Source: the human T2T-CHM13v2.0 reference genome, Homo sapiens
Length of the DNA stretch: 64,000 nucleotides
Strand: one strand, 5' to 3'
Assembly (NCBI RefSeq): GCF_009914755.1
Contig: NC_060928.1
Positions 1 through 16,460 of the stretch are shown here, one piece after another. Under the pieces are notes generated by a model, which had not been told where the DNA came from, did not search any database, and saw nothing but the letters and a program-made list of their open reading frames with translations. Position numbers and translations under genes: made by a program. Numbering within the stretch: position 1 is the stretch's first letter; every line of letters starts with the position of its first letter.

Positions 1-388
1 TTAGATACATTTTTATATGTATTGAGTTTTGGAACCGTATATCTATAGTTTGAACAGTATAACTAAAAGCAACCACAAAGGGAACTCTGAAAATAAAATC
101 CTTTCCTAAATTCTGCATTGATTTCCCATTACAGTCTTATTTAGAATTAAATAAGAATACTTTGCACTTATCTACCCAGTGTCTATGTGATCTGGCCCCT
201 GCTTCCTTCTTCTGTGTCTCCAGCCAGGAGACATTAATGTTGGTTTCCCTTGACTTCCATCAATGGTCTGACATTTCTGAATTCCAGGAATGACAAAGAT
301 TATGTACTCGAAGCAAAACTCTAGCTGCACACCATAAAGCAGCTCTTCAGCAAAAGTGATATGGCCTTTATGTTTTTAACCCAGTAGG

Positions 389-446
389 ACACAGACACTC
401 ACACACACACACACTCTCTCTCTCTCACACACACACACACACATAT
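389..446. repeat. Compound (CA)n(CT)n(CA)n microsatellite
   Basis: Direct reading of dinucleotide runs. Confidence 0.9.
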
Positions 447-1442
447 ACTCTCTTACAGCTTTATAGAGGTAAAAAGTAAACAGTATATATTTAACATATG
501 TACTTTGACAAATTTAAAATGAAATTTGAAACCATCAATATGCTCAAAGGAATGAACACATCTTTTATGCTTAAAAGTTTCCTCCAAGCCCTTTTGTAAT
601 CTCTCCTTCCCCCTCACCTCATCCCAAACTAGTTATCTAGACAGATTATAGAATATTTCCATCGTTACAGAAAATTTATTGGAAAGGGCTTATGTAATTC
701 TTGTAAAGAATACCTCATTTTGTTTGATTGTAGCTAATATACCAGTTGTTACAAAGTCAATGAGTATTGGAACTAGTAGTACCTGCGAACACTTCTATCT
801 ATTGACAGTTACTGATGACATAACTTTTGAGTTTTAGAGCTCTTTCTGCTGGATCAGCTGAGGTATGTCAAGTTCATACCATTGTGCAGAGTGTGAAATG
901 CCAATAGTAAAGCATCCTCTTCCTCTAGGAAACTAATTAGAGAAGTTAGCTCCAGAGATTAAAAGAAAGATTCATAGTCTTTGATTGAGGTAGAGGAAAA
1001 ACAAAAAAACCCAAACTTGCTCCTTCCATTTAATTAGCAGATGGAAGTGTGTCCAGAAATTCTTCTGTGTCCTCTGATCCTTTTTTCCTTTTCTTCTTTT
1101 CTCTGTTTGATTATTTAGACCAGGGGTTGGTAACTTCCTTATAAATCCCTCAGAGATGAATGGAATTAGGAAAGGTCTCGTCTGGTCTCTTTCACCTTCA
1201 CTTGGAGTCCTAGAGTGAGAGGAAAATGGGATAATAGAGTCTCTTCCTAGACAATCCCTCAATTGCTTGTTTCTTGTTACAGAAGTTTATTGTTAAAATT
1301 ACATGTACAGATAAGCTAAAAGAAGAAAGTAAAAATGATGACTATGCTTCTTACATAGAAATAACTGCTTAATATTGTAGTCTAAACTGAATTCTCACTC
1401 TCTTTTATAAAAATGAAAATATACTACACATTTTAGTACTTA

Positions 1443-1800
<358 letters not shown>

Positions 1801-1883
1801 CTAATGGAATTGTATACTGTTGTTTAGCTGTGTCAGCTGCTAGATATTCAAAGTCCTTTTTTTCTAGAAGCTTTGATCCTTGA

Positions 1884-2563
<680 letters not shown>

Positions 2564-2681
2564 TTAATAGTCTTGTATTTAAGGACAAATATAGATAAGT
2601 AATTCCTAGCAATGTTAGAGTCAAGATTGCCAGTTTACAAAAGGAGGAAAATTAAGTGCCTCTGAAGTTGCTGAAATATTT

Positions 2682-2796
2682 AGCTGGGAGGGGTGGCACA
2701 AGCCAGATACTCGGGAGGCTAAGGTGGGAGGATTGCTTGATCTCAGAGTTTCAGTTCAGCCCGGGCAACATAGAGACATAGTCTCTTAAAAAAAAA
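2682..2796 (+). mobile_element. Free Alu monomer (FLAM-like)
   Basis: gggaggctaaggtgggaggattgcttga...gggcaacatagagac...A tail; single monomer. Confidence 0.8.
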
Positions 2797-3236
2797 TATT
2801 ACTAGTTTAAGATGCATTTTTTTTATTTTGAATTCTGAATGATGTTTACTAACTTGGAATGGATGGAAACCTAATCTGGGGGTGGGAATGTGCCAGCTGT
2901 TCAATGATTCAGAAAAATAAGAATGTTGGTTCAGGATCAGAATCAAAGGATGCCGTATTTAATTGAAACTTTGGGAAAATTTATGTAGGCAAAATGAATT
3001 ATCCAAATTAAAATTAAGCCAAAACGCCAGGTTTAATGCATTAATAATAGAATTTTTTTTTTTTAAAATGAAGCAAAAAACCTAGGTTCTGTTGATTTTG
3101 TCACTTACCGTAGGCAGATAATATTTAATGTAGTTTTAGGAACCCTGAGAATAGGAAGAATATTTCTGGATAAATTCCAAAAAAAGAAACACACCAGTGT
3201 CTTGTACAAAGGATGAAAGCCTTTATTAGCTTGTAA

Positions 3237-3692
<456 letters not shown>

Positions 3693-4208
3693 TGATCAGT
3701 CTTGTTCCAACCTGCGGAGTTGCATGTACAGATAGGTTATGATCATGTGTGCTGCTTTTCATTTGCATTTATGATTATAATTATGCAATTTAATTAAATA
3801 TTATATGAGCAGATGAAACATATTTGAAAACAAAAGTTATTCTTTCTATGAAAAATGGAATGTTTAGTAAAAACGATAAAAGTGAATCAGGGTGGGCCAG
3901 AAAACTGTAACGAGATTAGAAAGAAATTCATCGAAATCTTTAAGGAATCTGTATTCATACTGCCTACATTTAGCTTGACATTTCCCTTGACTTTTTTCCC
4001 CTCTCCACTTTAAAAAAGCTAAAATTTGGAATAGACTATCCATTGGAGATGTGGGTTTTGCAAGGAAGAGGACTTAGAACTCCATATTGCAGTCATGCAA
4101 TCAGAGAAAGGCTGTTGGCCTTTACTCATGAATGAAATGGTAAATAAATACACTTTAAATCAAAGTAAAATGTTTACATTATAAATATATATAAAAATAT
4201 CATTCATT

Positions 4209-4256
4209 CATATATATATGTATATATATGTATATATATGTGTATATATATATATA
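4209..4256. repeat. (TA)n/(TATG) microsatellite
   Basis: Direct reading. Confidence 0.85.
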
Positions 4257-4632
4257 AAATGATTCTCAATTCTTTTTCACCTGGGCCTGATTGCTCTAGA
4301 TAAGGAATGTGAGCTTATACTATGAATATTTTTAAATAGAGATTTAAACAATTAATAAGGCTTCAGCCAAATTTGGTCTCATAGCACAAATTCCTCTGAG
4401 TGACTATGAAAATATGACTTAGATCAATCAATACTTTTGATAAGTAATTATGAGAAACTTGAGATTGTGATAAAAGATTTTCAAATAAGTGATAGATGAC
4501 AAAATAAATTTGTATCTTTAAAATTTTTCTGTAGTTTTGTTATCCCCAAAATGAAACAAACTGGCCTACATTGATTTAAATTATTCTACTTTTTGGCCTG
4601 TGGGTAATAGAATAGATCAGGAGTTTGATTAT

Positions 4633-4965
4633 TTAGAGTAGGCGACTTTTTTGGTAAAGGGCTAGGTAGGAAATATTTTTGGTTTTGTGGATCTTGTGGT
4701 TGTTACTCAACTGTGCTCTTGTAGCTAAAGCACCCATAGACAATATGCAAACAAATCAGAATGGTTGTGTTCCAATAAAACTTTTTTATGGGTGTTAAAA
4801 TTTGAATTTCATATCATTTTCATATGTCATGAAATATTATCCTCCTTTAGTTTTTTTTTCAGACATTAAAAAGTATAAAATCCATTCTTAGCTCATAGTC
4901 TGTCCTCTGTCCAAAAATATGTGGAAGGCTGCACTTGGCCTGCTGACCATTGTTTCTCTCCCCTG
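4633..4965 (-). mobile_element. MER58B (hAT-Charlie DNA transposon fossil)
   Basis: gtgttccaataaaact, tttgaatttcatat, ccattcttagctc and terminal cccctg match the remembered MER58B consensus. Confidence 0.8.
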
Positions 4966-5568
4966 CTCTAGCCTCATTCTAGCTCTCCAGCACTGCCTTT
5001 CTCACGACCCTATAATCTAGCTGCTTTTAGTGTCACAGAAACACAGTGTGTTCACATTTGCTTACATATATTTTGCTTATATTTTTTCCTGCTGGGAACA
5101 CTTTCTGTTCTGTTTTCTAATCCAAAAATCAGCTTAATGTTTCTGTCTTTCATGATAATTTTCACAGCTTCACTAGCCCTCAGGTGTGTCCCTCACCTCC
5201 AAATTCCCTTTAGCACCTTTGATCTTTTTTCATATGATTAGTGTGAATTCGTCTTTTATTATTTCAGATATGTGAGCTTTGATTCTTCTTTTGATTATAA
5301 CTTATTAGAACAGAAGCCATGTATTATACTTCCTCTTATTTCTCTCAGCATAGCGCTGGGCACATAGAAGTATTAACACTAGATTGACATGTTTGCTATC
5401 AAAATACAATATATATTATTCTTTTATTAAGTTTTAAAGCATTTTTATGTGGGTTTTTGGTCTCAATACTTGCCCTTTTTTTCTCTGTCTTCACTTAATC
5501 TTTCCCCACTGACTTCCTTCCCTGTCCGTAATCACGCTCAACTCTTTATTTAAAAATTAAATAAGCAG

Positions 5569-6177
<609 letters not shown>

Positions 6178-6299
6178 AAATAAGCAGCGCAACCTTCCAT
6201 TGACATTGATACTCATCTATTCCTTACCAAGTTTTTCTCTGAGATGGTATTTTTTGAACATCTAAAAGGAAGATATATACATGAGGTAAGCCCTTGCTT

Positions 6300-7287
<988 letters not shown>

Positions 7288-7574
7288 CCATCCCACAGAA
7301 ACCTGTAATGCGTTCTCCCAATTTTTTGCTAATATTTAACACATTCGTCAAGATCTTATTCAAATGGTAGGTTTTTTTCAAGAGGCTTCCCTGAATTCCT
7401 CCAATATGAAATAATTTATTTCTCTTTTGACTTCTCACTGGTTTATGTCTCTCCTGTGATACCTAATTATATTATAGTCATCTGCGTACTTATTTTCTTT
7501 CCTTGGCTGAGGCCAAGGATTTGTATTTTCTCATCTTTTTAGTTACTGATGTATTTAGCCACCAAAGTCATGTA

Positions 7575-7860
7575 CAGATGGTCCCCAACTTACAATGCTT
7601 TGACTTACAATTTTTCAACTTTACAATGATGTGAAAGCTAGACGGATTCAGTAGAAAACTACTTCAAATTTTAAATTTTGATGTTTCCCCAACTGTAGGC
7701 TAATGTAAGTGTTCTGAGTTCTGAGCACGTTTGAGATTGGCAAGGCTAAGCTACGCTGTTTGGTAGGTTAGGTGTATTAAGTGCATTTTTGACTTATGGT
7801 ACTTTCAGTTTATGATGTGTTTATCAGCACATAGTTTCATTGTAACTTGAGGAGCATCTG
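7575..7860 (-). mobile_element. MER47A (TcMar-Tigger non-autonomous)
   Basis: TIRs cagatggtccccaacttac / gtaacttgaggagcatctg, TA TSD on both sides, internal tgtaggctaatgtaagtgttctgag; sits inside an L2 3' end remnant. Confidence 0.85.
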
Positions 7861-8139
7861 TAGTAAGCACTCAATAATTATTTTTGAATATATGAATAAA
7901 AGATATGTGTTTCATATTTCCCTGTTGTTTTAAAACCATATACACTCTTCAATTTTTGTATTTACTCATGTGCAGATAGGTATGAGTGAAAAATCCATCT
8001 TAATGTTAGTTTAAATTATGAGTTTTCATAGAGGTTTCCATGAATTAGCAGACTAAAGAGATTGGTCTTCTTTCCTGTTGTACAAATAAAAAAAAAAGCA
8101 GTTGGTTATTGTTTTTATTCCAGAATATTAAATATAAAT

Positions 8140-8258
8140 TTATTTGTGTCTATCTTCACTAGACTGTAAGGTCCATGAGGCCAGAGACATGGTTTAATAT
8201 CCCCAGTATTTTCCATTCTTGACACATAGTAAATACTTAATAAGTACTTATTAAATGT
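8140..8258 (+). mobile_element. L2 3' end fragment
   Basis: ctagactgtaaggtccatgaggccagagac...gacacatagtaaatacttaataa. Confidence 0.65.
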
Positions 8259-10891
8259 CTTACATTGACTGGTATTTGGCCAAGTTTTGATAAATATTTT
8301 ACCATTTCATGATAATTTATTTTAAGCCATTTTGAGTGTTTCAAGAAAAGCCTGCAGAGTTTTAAAATAATTTTTCTCAGATATCATAGCTGTACTATAA
8401 GGCCTATTAATTATATTTTAACAAAAGCTAGATAGGTAGTGTTTTCCTTTACTTGTTAATTTTTTAAAGATGGTTTTAGCTGTTCATTTTATTGCTATTT
8501 ATATATATCATATTGACAGTATTTATAAGCTTTCTTTGACAACAATTCATAAGTTAAAAAAAGTCAGTTTGTGGAGGCTTGTCTAGCTATATAGAAAGTG
8601 GAAATGGTTAATAGAATGTTTAATGTCATCATATTTCAAAGTTAGAGATTATCTAATCACTATACCCTATGAAAAATGACTTCTAGAAAGTTAAAGTGAG
8701 CTGTTCACAAAGTCAGAACACGCTCATATTTTGTATAACTACTACAACCTTTTAAAAACAAAAATATATGAGGAAGATATTTTTTGTATTCTGAAAATAA
8801 CAAGGGTTTGCATATTAAGATATAATCAATATGAAAACATCTCTACTTCTGGCAAGTTTTAACATGGTAAAGAGCTTGAAACAGCTCTGAATTTTTTTTT
8901 TTGAAAATTTTTAATTTTGATATTTTCTTTTGACTCTACATAGAGAGAGTCATGTCCGTTTTATAACCTTCCACTCTCCCCCTGTCTACCCCAAAAGAAA
9001 CAACCTAGCAATGCTCAAAATGACAAATCCAGCCTTTGTTTCACCAGATTATTTCAATCTGGCACTGGCACTACCACTAGCTTGGTCTGATTATAGTTAA
9101 TCCACTGCCTACAACATGACAAATGTTTTTGGTCCAAGTTGAATGGCGAAGTCTTTTCAAACAGGGAAAGCAGTTGTCAGCTGTCCTTGTTGTGGTACCA
9201 ACATGTATCATGTCAGGACAGCCAAACAAAGAAGAGGATGATTCAGAATGCTGACCCGAGTACACAGAACCTTGTTAACTCTGGTGGGTTTTCTGCAAGG
9301 CTTGTTAATAGTGATAGAAAAAAGAAATCATAGCACAAACCCCATATTATATTGGTTGCCTTAGACTGTATACACTTATCAACTAATATCAAATGCAATT
9401 ACAAAACTGTGAATTATAATTTCTAGTTTCTCTATAAATGACACATTTCTCCTTAAAAATCTCAATTTATTTAAGATTTTCTTAAACATTTCTCCTCTAG
9501 TTTGTTAAGCTTGTTTAGTAGAAACAATACCACTTACAGTACTTGAATTTTATGAGTGCTATAGCTGTTGGGGTCACTCATTCAAAAAAAAAAAAACAAA
9601 ACCTTAAATTCTCTTGGTGTGCTTACCATTCATCTTTTCTTTTATGGGAGATATTGCCCTTTTTTCTCTTTGGGGTGAGTGATGCATGATGTTGTTTCTG
9701 CAATGGGCAGAATACTATAGACTATTATATACACTTATGGATGTATGCTCTACATGGCCTATGCTCATCCTTCTGACTACAAGCTAGCTCATTAATTCTG
9801 CAGAGAGGTATACTCCATAGACAAGAATAAACATTTTCTCCACTTTATTTTAGATGACTCACTTTTTTTGATGCTTTTTTAAAAATTTAGATTTTTCTAT
9901 TTTTTTCCTTGTTCTTTTTTTTTTGACTGGGTTCCTAATTATTTTCTTAAAAAATGTGAATTATTTCTACTTTACAAATTAATGTGAGAAATGAAAGTAA
10001 AACATGATACTTTCTTTATTAGTAAAGCATGTCATGATCCAATAGGTTTGTGTTGTAATTTCTCCTTGAAAAGAACTGAGTTTATGGTCTTTACTTCACA
10101 TCCCAGCTGTTCGAGAATTGCTAAATCCATAGGGAGTTGCGTGAGTTATGTAATTGGCATGAATTATTTGAGTTTGAGGAAACACAATTACCACATAATG
10201 TTAGCCAGTGCTGGATGAATCTAAATTCAAGGACTCAGGGTTGCAGAGGTCTGTGGGACCGTGATGTTTTCTTTGTTGAGTGCAGTTGTAAATTTATTTC
10301 TTCTTTTTATAGCTTGTAAGTAAAAAATACATCATTCTTCAGCATTTTGCCTCATTAATGTCTAGCAAAGACATGCTATGAGGAGAGACTACTTAAACAA
10401 AAGATGAAGTAAACAATTAAACAGGCTTAGGGAATGTGAAACTAATAATGTTGGGGCTTATAACATTCAGACCCCTCCATTCTCTTTCACCTCTTTTTCT
10501 TCCTTTAAAAACACTGTGAGGAGGTACGAACATAACATTTCTTGCCAAATATTTTTGTTCTTTCACAGTGGGAGAAAGAGAAAGAGAAAGAGCTTTCTTT
10601 ATGTACTTTGCTGCTCTGAGATTTCCTTTCCTGTTCCCTCAAGATGAGCCTTGAAACTTGGCTCCTCAGTCTTTGAAGTACCAGATTCTAGAATAAAATT
10701 AAATAGTATTCAAGAGCATGGTGTGGTTCTGCTACTTGAACCTACATGTTAGGCCACCTACAACGATCAGATATTTGGGCTGTAGAATATTACATGTCCT
10801 TCAAAGAATGCATTCTGAAATGGATTTGTTTTCCTACATAATTCCCAATGCAATAACTCTGAAGAATAAAGTTTGTAGCAGGAATTTATGA

Positions 10892-11311
<420 letters not shown>

Positions 11312-11369
11312 TGATGTAGTGTGCAGGCCAAGGGAAACTGTGTTCCAAAGAATAACTAATCATCTATCT

Positions 11370-11580
11370 TTTTGACAGTTTTTTATGTTCCAGGTGTAAA
11401 GTTACTGTTCCAGGTATTTTCCTGTGTAATGTCATTTACTTTTCACCACAACACTGGATTTGGTGTTTTAAACTCTATTTAATAGATGAGATTGAGACTC
11501 AGAGGTTTTGTGACTTGCCTCGTGCCACGTAACTAGCAGTAGCAGATCCTGTACTTAAATCAAGATTCATGACTCCTCAT
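11370..11580 (-). mobile_element. MIR
   Basis: agatgagattgagactcagagg...tgacttgcc reverse MIR core. Confidence 0.65.
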
Positions 11581-11740
11581 CTTCCTTTTTTGTTCTTCCT
11601 TCCCATGCTTCCTTTGTGTCCCAGTGAATGCATGATAGAATTTGTTTATCTGCTTACAATAAAATCTACAAAATTAATAATCTTGTGCTATTTTCTATTC
11701 CAGCCATGTCAAGTTATCAATTATTTTTTTTATTGGAGAC

Positions 11741-11871
11741 AGGGTGACAATATAATTTATTTTTCAAAACAGGATACTTTTGAGAGTTAAAAGGAGTGCT
11801 ATTAATTATGCACGGAGAAAGCAAGCTTATATCAAAATTATCCAAGGCAAACTAGAATCTATAAATGCCCT
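11741..11871 (+). mobile_element. MER94 (hAT-Blackjack fossil)
   Basis: agggtgacaatataatttat...acttttgagagt...gctattaatta...gccct matches the remembered MER94 with AGGG/CCCT termini. Confidence 0.75.
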
Positions 11872-11894
11872 CATTATTTAAAAAGCTAGAGGTA

Positions 11895-12125
11895 ATATGG
11901 CTTAGTAGTTAGAAGTAGCAGCTCTGGAGGCAGAGCTAAGTTCAAATCCTGATTCTACTATTTACTAGCCATCTTATATTTGTCAAACTGCCTCACCACT
12001 ATGCCTCAGTTTCCCTGTATATAAAATAAAAATAATATTATTAATACCATTTAATTGTATTTTAAATGAGGTTATACATGCATAGCATTAGGAAAGAGGA
12101 AACCCTTGATAAGTATTGTCTATTA
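11895..12125 (+). mobile_element. MIR
   Basis: gttcaaatcctgattctactatttactagc...gcctcagtttccc. Confidence 0.75.
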
Positions 12126-12654
12126 TTACGCATGGAGAAAGAGTGATTTCTGTCATTATGCTTTGAGTGGTATCAAAAGACTTGCCTGAAGATAAATACA
12201 GCTTCATTTCTATAGTCAGTCCTTAGAATTAAAGCATAGTTTTCTGAAAGCGTTACCTAATAAGTTCTCAATAAATATTTACTAAAGGAATGAATGAATA
12301 AGTTATCCCAGAGGAATAAAATGTGCTAGCATCCATGGTTACAAGGATAATTTGTATTTCAAAAAAGACATAAAAGTATAGTGGTGGGCTAGGTAAGTTT
12401 TGATGATAGCAGTGGGTGGGTGGGAATTGGGGTAGGAGAAATATTTAGCACCTGATGATCCTGGGAGGGCTGATTCAGATGGGATATGGGAGTTCTAGGT
12501 GGCTCTGGGCCAGTGAAACAGTTCTGGATTCCAGGGGGAAGGAAGGGATGGAAATGGAAGAGGCCATTACACAAATGCTATCTACACAAAAATTTTATTG
12601 GTGTTATGTGCTAGAAAAGGGGAAATAGCCCTGTCATGCCAGGAACATTTGCCC

Positions 12655-12855
12655 TTGGAATTAGACTAACTTTATTAAGCTTGGGTAAGTCCCCTGGGCA
12701 AGCAGCCCCAGCTATTTCATTGGTAAATTATACATACATCTACCTTATAGGGCTGTTGTGAGGATTAGAATGAAGTAAGTGTCTGCATGTGTGTGTATGC
12801 ATGTATATAACATCCTGCTTATTATAGAAACTCAACAAATGATAGCTTCTATAAT
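12655..12855 (+). mobile_element. MIR
   Basis: ctaccttatagggctgttgtgaggattagaatga. Confidence 0.6.
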
Positions 12856-13604
12856 TATTAAGGATCGTAACAATTACCCAACTCAAATTTTGAAGAATTT
12901 TGAAGTAAAGTGTTTGAAAGCTCTTTATGAATATAAAGTACTTTACAAAGATATGGACTTGCTATGAATGCTGACATTGTCCTGTTTACCAGCTCTAGAC
13001 CTTGGATGTACTGCTATTAGAAAATAGCGTGTTTCATATTCACATGGTCAGAGTTGTAAAGATTCAGAATCAGTGAGACTGATATGCATGCTAAGGGTAT
13101 TGAAGTGAAACTTTAAGGCATAATTGTTCTTTTTGTTCTTGTTATTAGTTTATCCTTTTTGAATTCTGAGATCATAGGATATGGGATATTAGTTTGATGT
13201 CTGCAAAACCAATCGAACTCCAAGTATTTTGCTTCTTAAGCTGTTGCTTTTAGGATGGCCTTTAGGATGCGTAGTGGGTAAATCTTCATTCATTTGCACA
13301 TTCTAAAAATATATTTTTATAAGTCTTTTATATCCCCCAAATGGTTATTTCAACTATATTTCAGATAAATAGGTTTCTAAAGTTGCTTTTATGTTCTCTT
13401 AAGAACTCATTCTGATATTCTAGCTCCAATCTTATAAACAATCCTGGAAATGTTAACTTCAATTTTCTCAGATGCAAAACGAAGATAACACTACTTTATG
13501 TGGTTATTGACTAGATTAATATGATAAAGCATATAAAGTATTTGGGAAAGTGCATTATACCTATAAGTGTGAATATTATTATTATTCCCAACTTCCCAAA
13601 CCCA

Positions 13605-13813
13605 AGAGATCCTCTCACCTCAGCATCCCAAGTAGGCTGGGACCACAGGTGCATGCCACCACACCTGGTTAATTTTTTAAAAAAATATTTTTTCCTAAAG
13701 ATGAGGTTTCCCTATGTTTCCTAGGCTGGTCTCAACCTCCTGAGCTCAAGCAATCCTCCTACCGCAGCCTCTCAAAGTGCTGGAATTACAGGTGTGAGCC
13801 ACCACACCCAGCT
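13605..13813 (-). mobile_element. AluJ, 3'-truncated
   Basis: Left monomer plus part of the right monomer; no tail. Confidence 0.85.
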
Positions 13814-13840
13814 AGCACCTTAAATCTTAATTTGCTAATA

Positions 13841-13902
13841 TAATTGTGGTTTTTGACATTACTTTTAATGGCAAAACTGCGACTATTTTTGCACCAACCT
13901 AA
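13841..13902. mobile_element. MADE1 (Hsmar1-derived MITE), left end truncated
   Basis: aattgtggtttttgacattacttttaatggcaaaactgcgactatttttgcaccaacctaa followed by TA. Confidence 0.85.
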
Positions 13903-13934
13903 TATAAACAACTTCAGGACACACTGTCATAATA

Positions 13935-14461
<527 letters not shown>

Positions 14462-14534
14462 TCATCTTTAAACTCTGTGATGTCCCATTTCAAAATGCCC
14501 TAGTTGGCTTCTTTTAAAAAAAAAAATCAAATTC

Positions 14535-14650
14535 TCTCATTTCTTGAGCACTTACTATGGGCTAGGCATGTAATAGGCCCTGTGATATGGAAGTGAATAC
14601 AAGCCTGGCTTCCTGTCCTTGAGAAATTCAGTCTAGTGGAGAAGGAGAGC
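14535..14650 (-). mobile_element. L2 3' fragment
   Basis: ttgagcacttactatgggctaggc...cctgtccttgagaaattcagtctagtgg. Confidence 0.65.
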
Positions 14651-16179
14651 TCCATTCATTTATATAAATAGAAGGAATCTCTAGTTTTTTCTTTTTAAGG
14701 AGATTAAAATTATTGATTGACATAAAATTTTTGTATTTGGTGTTACATACGGATATGTAGTATACATACATATATATTATTTTTATAATTTGAAAACTTT
14801 CAAACTTCAAATTATGAAAGTACAAATGAATGCTGATTATGTTGCTGTTCTATGTAAGAGTTGACGATAATGGAAGGTTGTAGATTTAGTAACACATTAT
14901 TATGAGGAACTAAACATTTATCTGGGTGTGCTGTAGAATGTTCCACAATTTCCTAAAAGCTGGGTCTAGAAAACACGGTAAAATGCAAATACTCGAAGAT
15001 CCATGAATCCATGTCATTTTTTATTGGGAGCATGGTGTTATTTGTATTGTCACTCCTAGAACTCACTGCTCCACTTTTTCCACCATCCCCTGGCTATTTC
15101 AGCTTGATTTTATAGGAGCAGAAACAAGAGGGAAGTTTGTTATATTTTAGCTATGATTTCTTTGAGTCACATCAATGAAACATGCTTTAGAACAGCAGAG
15201 CTCATAGATATGACAGGGTTGCAAGATCTGAAAGCCAGATTTGATGTACAGTATTTCTTTTTTTCCCCCACAGTCTTTGACTATAACTAATAAGTGGTAA
15301 AATTCCCAGTAATTTGCCAAATGCCTGACAGGGTTAATGAACTGGTGACATCAGGATGCTGGTGCATTAGACACATTTTGTGCAGAAGTTTTGTAAAGCC
15401 TCTCCTGATGGAGATGCTTAGAGATGAAGCACCAATGTGCTGGTAAATGGCCTAAGGGTAACTTAGTTATCCTAAATAGTCTTAAACATATTTTCCTAAT
15501 GGAAAATTCTTAATGGAAATTTTTGTTGTGGTAAGCATTGAACCACTTAGAGTTGTTGCTCTCATATTCCATTTGTCTGAAAACTACAGATGGCACCAAA
15601 AAACCAGACATATTAGCCTAATACCACAGTGGATGACATCAATATAGTACTTAGGGAGAACTTGATACACTCACCATAAAGCCTTTTAATCGTCCCTTTC
15701 ATAGACTTGGGTAGGCAAGCCTATTTCCAATTTAAAAGAAAAAATAATCATTCAGAGCAGGATTTGCAAAAGGAATTTTCATTCATTAGTGACCATCAGG
15801 ATTATTTTCCCCACCAATTTTACAATCTTTTAGGTGCTGAACGCCATGGATTTCTCCTCAGAGTGGCAGAAATTTATCATTATCTGTTCTCTGGGGAGTT
15901 AAATAGATTTTTTTTAATGCTCCACTGAGGCCACAATTTTGCTATTATGCTCAGATAGCCCCAGAGCTTGCAGATGCTGGCACTTCTGTCTTTTTTTCAG
16001 ATGAGTGATACAATCATGCCAAGAAGCCAAAGGAACACTTTTAATTCATAAGCAACTTCATTACATAGTTTGGTTACATTGAAAGTCTGCCTAACATCCC
16101 ACAAAATCTGTCCTCAAACCACAGAGTTTATTTTCCTGAGTATTTATAAATTCCAAAATCAAAATCAGAACAAAAGCAG

Positions 16180-16460
16180 CTCAAAAATAGTGTTCTTGGT
16201 TGACAGTAATGTCAGAAAACTGGTCAACTCTGAGAGTATGTGTCAAAGCGAGAGCATTCAAACTGTCTGTGATTCAGCGTTGCTGCATTGTGGCCTCTAC
16301 ATTGCCCCAATTGTGTTGCATTTGTGAGTCAAACTCATTTTGCCTCAGCATGCTGCATAATGAAAGCATTTGTTCTCATTCTCTCACCACCCGCCACCCT
16401 ACTGCTTCAGTTCCAGGCCATTACACCCAAAGTCTCTGACAGAGAAAAAGGAGCTCACTT
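16180..16460. promoter_or_regulatory. Candidate enhancer in a repeat-poor block
   Basis: AP-1 TGAGTCA 16325-16331, TGACAG at 16201 and 16437, SOX-like CATTGT/CAATTGT, POU-like TGCATAAT; motif inference only. Confidence 0.35.

Noticed and set aside
12391-12398. AGGTAAGT as a second recursive splice site
   Set aside because: Upstream sequence is purine/G-rich with no polypyrimidine tract.
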